Assembly (NCBI GenBank): GCA_963704755.1
Contig: OY969938.1
Coordinates: forward strand, 2,040,001-2,072,000
Origin: an uncultured Chloroflexia bacterium
GTDB taxonomy: Bacteria > Chloroflexota > Anaerolineae > Anaerolineales > Anaerolineaceae
Length of the DNA: 32,000 nucleotides
Direction: 5' to 3'
This document shows, one piece after another, positions 28,214 through 32,000 of this stretch (the stretch's first letter is position 1; the number at the start of each line of letters is the position of its first letter). A program made the translations under genes and the position numbers. The notes under the pieces were generated by a model, which was not told where the DNA came from, did no database searches, and was given only the letters and a program-made list of their open reading frames with translations.

Positions 28214-28222
28214 TGTTATAAT
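28214..28222 (+). promoter_or_regulatory. Extended -10 promoter immediately upstream of the VanW gene
   Basis: TGTTATAAT ends 10 nt before ATG 28233. There is no SD in between. Confidence 0.45.
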
Positions 28223-28232
28223 CGGAAAACTT

Positions 28233-30104
28233 ATGAAAGTATCTTCGCTCACCTACCCGCAAGACCGGCCCGTCCTCCAGCAGCTCTTAGCCACCCTGGG
28301 GTTGGCGCTGGTGACCGTGGCCGGCCTTTGCATTATTTTCCTGATCGGCTTCGAAATCTGGTTTGCCGGTCGAATCTATCCCGGGGTCCACATGGCTGGC
28401 GTGGATTTATCCGGGCTTTCCCCGGCGCAAGCCGGCGACATCATCAATAACGCCATTTCCTTCCCCTCTACCGGCAAAATCCTCATGCAGGATGGCCAAT
28501 CGGGTTGGGTCGCTTCACCGCAACAATTGGGGCTGTTCCTCGACCCCGGCGCCAGCGCTAAAGCTGCTTTTAACGTCGGCCGCCAGGGCGGGCTGTTTAC
28601 CCGCCTGGGCCAACAGTTCGGCGCCTGGTACTCGGGCAGCGAAGCCTCCCCTACCCTGGTCTTCGACCAGCGCATCGCCTACCAATACCTGGCCGGCCTG
28701 GCAAGCCAGATCAACCGGCCGGTGATCGAGGCTAACCTGGGCCTGCAGGGCACGGATGTGGTCGTCCGCTCCGGCGAAATTGGCCGCACCCTGGATATCG
28801 ACGCCTCATTGCAAAAAGTTTCGGCCCAGGTACAGACGCTCAAGGATGGATTGGTGACCCTGGTGGTCACCGAGACCCCGCCGGTGATCCTGGATACCAG
28901 CGCCCAGGCCCAGGTTGCCCAACATATTCTCAGCCAGCCGCTGACCCTGACCATGCCGGACGGCACCAGCGCGGACGGCAGCCCGTGGGTCATCGACCAG
29001 GCCACCCTGGCCGCCATGCTCTCCATTAACCGGGTCGATGAAGGCCAGAAGGCCACCTACCAGGTGCAACTGAACAACGACCTGCTGGCCACTTTCCTGA
29101 ACAACCTTTCGCCAAAACTGCACGCCGACCCGCAGAATGCACGTTTTACCTTCAACGACGGCACTCACCAGCTCGACCTGATCGAGCATGCCGTCATCGG
29201 GCGCGATCTCAACATCGAAAAGACCATCCAGGCCATTCAGGATGGCGTAAAGAACGACCAGCACACCATACCGCTGGTCTTCGACACCACTGACCCGGCC
29301 GTGACCGATTCGGCCACCGCGGAAAGCCTGGGGATCACCCAACTGGTCAGCCAGCAGACTTCGTATTTCTATGGTTCTCCCAGTGACCGGGTGCAGAATA
29401 TCCAGGCCGCCGCGAGCAGTTTTCACGGCCTGCTGGTCGCCCCGGGTGAGACCTTTTCGATGGCCAGCGCCCTGGGTGATATCAGTTTGGACAACGGTTA
29501 CGCCGAGGCGCTGATCATCGTCGGCAACCAGACCATCGAGGGTGTGGGCGGCGGCGTCTGCCAGGTCAGCACGACCCTGTTCCGCACGGCCTTCTTTGGC
29601 GGGTTTCCCGTCGTCGAGCGTTACGCTCACGCCTATCGGGTCAGTTACTACGAGAAAGTCGCCGGCAACAAGATCGATCCCTCCCTGGCCGGCCTGGATG
29701 CTACCGTGTACGTCCCCCTGGTCGATTTCAAATTCAAGAACGACACACCCTACTGGCTGCTGATGGAGACCTATGTCGATCCCAGCGCCAGCAGCCTGAC
29801 CTGGAAGTTCTACTCCACCTCGGACGGCCGCTCGGTCGATTGGACGACTACCGGGCCGACCAACATCGTCGCTCCGCCCGACCCGCTCTACAAAGAAAAC
29901 AGCGACCTGGCCAAAGGTGACATCGAGCAGGTCGATTGGGCCGCTGCCGGCGCCGACGTGACCGTCAACCGTACCGTCAGCCGTGATGGGCAGGTCTATT
30001 TCACCAACTCGTTCTACACCCACTACCAACCCTGGCAGGCCGTGTACGATTACGGTCCCGGCACCGATCTGCCCAAAGGGGCCAAAACGGATAACGGGAA
30101 TTAA
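28233..30104 (+). CDS. VanW-family protein with an N-terminal membrane anchor
   Basis: TM helix LLATLGLALVTVAGLCIIFLIGF. The C-terminal VanW core is GETFSMASALGDISLDNGYAEALIIVGNQTIEGVGGGVCQVSTTLFRTAFFGGFPVVERYAHAYRVSYY. Confidence 0.9.
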   Translation: MKVSSLTYPQDRPVLQQLLATLGLALVTVAGLCIIFLIGFEIWFAGRIYPGVHMAGVDLSGLSPAQAGDIINNAISFPSTGKILMQDGQSGWVASPQQLGLFLDPGASAKAAFNVGRQGGLFTRLGQQFGAWYSGSEASPTLVFDQRIAYQYLAGLASQINRPVIEANLGLQGTDVVVRSGEIGRTLDIDASLQKVSAQVQTLKDGLVTLVVTETPPVILDTSAQAQVAQHILSQPLTLTMPDGTSADGSPWVIDQATLAAMLSINRVDEGQKATYQVQLNNDLLATFLNNLSPKLHADPQNARFTFNDGTHQLDLIEHAVIGRDLNIEKTIQAIQDGVKNDQHTIPLVFDTTDPAVTDSATAESLGITQLVSQQTSYFYGSPSDRVQNIQAAASSFHGLLVAPGETFSMASALGDISLDNGYAEALIIVGNQTIEGVGGGVCQVSTTLFRTAFFGGFPVVERYAHAYRVSYYEKVAGNKIDPSLAGLDATVYVPLVDFKFKNDTPYWLLMETYVDPSASSLTWKFYSTSDGRSVDWTTTGPTNIVAPPDPLYKENSDLAKGDIEQVDWAAAGADVTVNRTVSRDGQVYFTNSFYTHYQPWQAVYDYGPGTDLPKGAKTDNGN

Positions 30105-30114
30105 AGAAAAACCA

Positions 30115-30183
30115 GAGAATAGAGAAAAGAAAACAGAGATTGGTAAAGTATTTACCAATCTCTGTTTTCTTTTCTCTATTCTC
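30115..30183. repeat. 33-bp perfect hairpin downstream of the VanW gene
   Basis: GAGAATAGAGAAAAGAAAACAGAGATTGGTAAA-GTA-TTTACCAATCTCTGTTTTCTTTTCTCTATTCTC. Confidence 0.9.
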
Positions 30184-30192
30184 ATCCTAAAC

Positions 30193-30235
30193 AGAAACAA
30201 CTCCAGCCTTATCCCGAAGTGCTGGAGTTGTTTCT
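30193..30235. repeat. 15-bp hairpin with a 13-nt loop
   Basis: AGAAACAACTCCAGC-CTTATCCCGAAGT-GCTGGAGTTGTTTCT. Confidence 0.85.
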
Positions 30236-30396
30236 ACTGTAGGGTCCCCTCAAATGTGACCACAGCGTGAAATATCAGTCGACAATGAATTTTCTTCGAG
30301 GGAAAAATACCTCACATGAAAATATCTTTTATAATATACTTAAAATATACTCCGAGTGGTATGTAGCATCACTCCGAATTCGCTCTGGACAAGCGC

Positions 30397-31596
30397 ATGC
30401 CGATGAGAACCTCCGCCGAATCTAAACTTAGTGAGATTTTACTCAAAGCAGTCAACCGGATTGCTTTTCTGGAAAACAAAAACAAACAAATCGTATACGA
30501 CGAACTCGGCTACGCAATCGGTCGCCAGGGCGGCAGCGCAGTGCAATATTGGGTATACCACAAGAAAATCCCTGCCCGCCTGGACGATATCGAAAACCTG
30601 GCCCGCGCGATTGCCCGCCAAAACGGCTGGGAAAACGAAAACGACCTGATCACTTTCCTGGACCAGGCCAATTACCCATCCCCCGAATTCCTGGTGCAAG
30701 AAATCCTGCCGGTAAGTTCAGCTCAAACGGCCAACCAGGCCGCCCAGGGGACAAACGGCCGCCCTCCGGCCGCCTTTATCGTGGGCTCCCCCATTCTCGA
30801 ACCGCGCCTGTTTTTCGGGCGCAACCATGAACTGCGCCATATCTTCGACGCCATCCGCTCCCAAAACATGCAGAGCGTGGCCCTTTATGGACTCAACCAC
30901 AGCGGCAAAACCTCGCTGTTGAATTACCTGCACAAAATCACCCGGGTTTCCCCACGGATCTTGCGCACAGGGCAATACGCCGACTGGCTCCAGCAGCCCC
31001 TGGCCTACCGCTGGGCCTATCTCGATTTCCAGGACCCGCGTATCCAGACCATACCCGGGCTCTTGAATGCCCTGCTGCGCCAGCTCAACTTTCCGCTGAC
31101 CGGCTCAACCGAGCTGGATGCATACATCGATGTCATTTGCCGCTACCTGACCAACCCGACCGTCGTTTTGTTGGACGAATTTCAACTGGCTTTGCAAAAT
31201 CCGGCCCTGAACCGGTCCTTCTGGCAGGCCCTGCAATCCCTGGCCAGCCACCTCTCCGATGGGAAGCTCTCGTTCATCATCGCCACATCCAGCCCGTTGA
31301 ACGGTTGGCTGGCCGACGACCTGGCGGCAGCCTCGTTCCTGTCGATTTTCGGCCGCCAGTTGACCCTGGGCCCGCTCACCGAAAACGAAGCACTTGAACT
31401 GATTCATTCGAGCCCCCGGCCTTTTAGCGCAGAAGATAGCCAATGGATCTTCACCCATAGCGGCGGCTGGCCAGCTAAATTGCAAGTATTGTGCAACGCC
31501 TGCCTGATGGCCCAGGAAGAAAACCAGGCCAGGAAAGTCTGGCAGGAAGAAGCCCTGCAAGGCCTGTCATTCTATCGCTCTCTGCTGGACAGTTAA
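30397..31596 (+). CDS. HTH-like N-domain fused to a P-loop AAA/STAND-like NTPase. No repeat or sensor domain
   Basis: FFGRNHELRHIFDAI...VALYGLNHSGKTSLLNYL (Walker A), VVLLDEFQ (Walker B), and a late GGWPAKLQ motif reminiscent of the NB-ARC GxP. The N-terminal ~90 aa look like a DNA-binding helical domain. Confidence 0.7.
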   Translation: MPMRTSAESKLSEILLKAVNRIAFLENKNKQIVYDELGYAIGRQGGSAVQYWVYHKKIPARLDDIENLARAIARQNGWENENDLITFLDQANYPSPEFLVQEILPVSSAQTANQAAQGTNGRPPAAFIVGSPILEPRLFFGRNHELRHIFDAIRSQNMQSVALYGLNHSGKTSLLNYLHKITRVSPRILRTGQYADWLQQPLAYRWAYLDFQDPRIQTIPGLLNALLRQLNFPLTGSTELDAYIDVICRYLTNPTVVLLDEFQLALQNPALNRSFWQALQSLASHLSDGKLSFIIATSSPLNGWLADDLAAASFLSIFGRQLTLGPLTENEALELIHSSPRPFSAEDSQWIFTHSGGWPAKLQVLCNACLMAQEENQARKVWQEEALQGLSFYRSLLDS

Positions 31597-31609
31597 AAAA
31601 TCCGGCTCC

Positions 31610-32000
31610 TTACAACCAGTTCTCGCCATCGTTTTCTCGCGGCCAATCCTCTGCCGACCAGCCATATTGCCCGCGTAAGGGCACAAAACTGACCGGCGAG
31701 ATGCTCTCGAAATCCAGCCGCTCCCCCTCCCGGCTCCAGACTTGCAGCTCCTGGCCTTTTTTACCGCCGGCCGGCAGCACCAGGCGCCCGCCTTGCCCGA
31801 GCTGCGCCAACAACGGCGCCGGCGGCTGGGATGCCGCCGCGGTGATCAGAATAGCGGGATATGGTGCGTATTGTGGCCACCCCAACGAACCGTCCCCATA
31901 GTACACGCTGACGTTGCCATAGCCCAGCCGGCGCAGATTCTCGTCCGCATAGCGCACCAGCGCCGCTTGCAGCTCGATCGAAATCACCCGGGCCGCCAGT
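31610..32000 (-). CDS. pcm: Protein-L-isoaspartate O-methyltransferase, C-terminal part. The N-terminus lies beyond the right edge
   Basis: VISIELQAALVRYADENLRRLGYGNVSVYYGDGSLGWPQYAPYPAILITAAASQPPAPLLAQLGQGGRLVLPAG matches PCMT post-I/II/III motifs (GDG..G, P(Y/F)D.I.VTAA, QL..GGRLV.P.G). Confidence 0.85.
   Translation of the reverse strand, partial: LAARVISIELQAALVRYADENLRRLGYGNVSVYYGDGSLGWPQYAPYPAILITAAASQPPAPLLAQLGQGGRLVLPAGGKKGQELQVWSREGERLDFESISPVSFVPLRGQYGWSAEDWPRENDGENWL

Overview
32 kb of a GC-rich bacterial chromosome. Core genes are roughly 60-68% GC by hand counts on sample lines. I cannot assign a lineage without a database search.

Core content:
- A complete minus-strand rRNA operon: three tandem near-consensus promoters, 16S, tRNA-Ile(GAU), tRNA-Ala(UGC), 23S and 5S (22073-27915).
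- About 22 protein genes: a J-domain protein, a flavin-reductase-like gene, a mutarotase-like hypothetical, a CX5R dual-specificity phosphatase, an RNHCP protein coupled to rsgA, chaB plus a low-affinity iron permease, a UbiA prenyltransferase, a DinB-like hypothetical, a CrtI-like oxidoreductase, a GntR/HutC regulator, adenine deaminase, RidA, a lipoprotein, an MFS transporter, VanW, an HTH-AAA ATPase and pcm.
- Two conserved genes (flavin reductase-like and adenine deaminase) are each split by a single-base frameshift.

Unusual content:
1. Two low-GC cassettes (about 25-40% GC) lie 6 kb apart. They share an extended -10 promoter, a 5' leader and a ~250-aa uncharacterised domain whose motif order recalls FGase-type metal amidohydrolases.
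   - One copy is fused to a DUF2971-like domain and is followed by a decayed relE-like toxin plus an intact Xre-type antitoxin.
   - Both cassettes have the same 31-nt triple-CTCCGTG element on their right flank.
2. The window carries a very heavy load of structured non-coding repeats:
   - a 3 x ~351-bp tandem array built from about six hairpin modules;
   - a dispersed ~83-nt MITE/REP-like family with co-varying arms;
   - at least six long, near-perfect hairpins with unrelated stems but the same GCTTCGC apex;
   - a 176-bp palindromic element that supplies the 3' end of the phosphatase ORF.
3. There are candidate attenuator leaders upstream of rsgA and of the MFS transporter.

All functional calls come from by-eye motif recognition. 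No searches were run.
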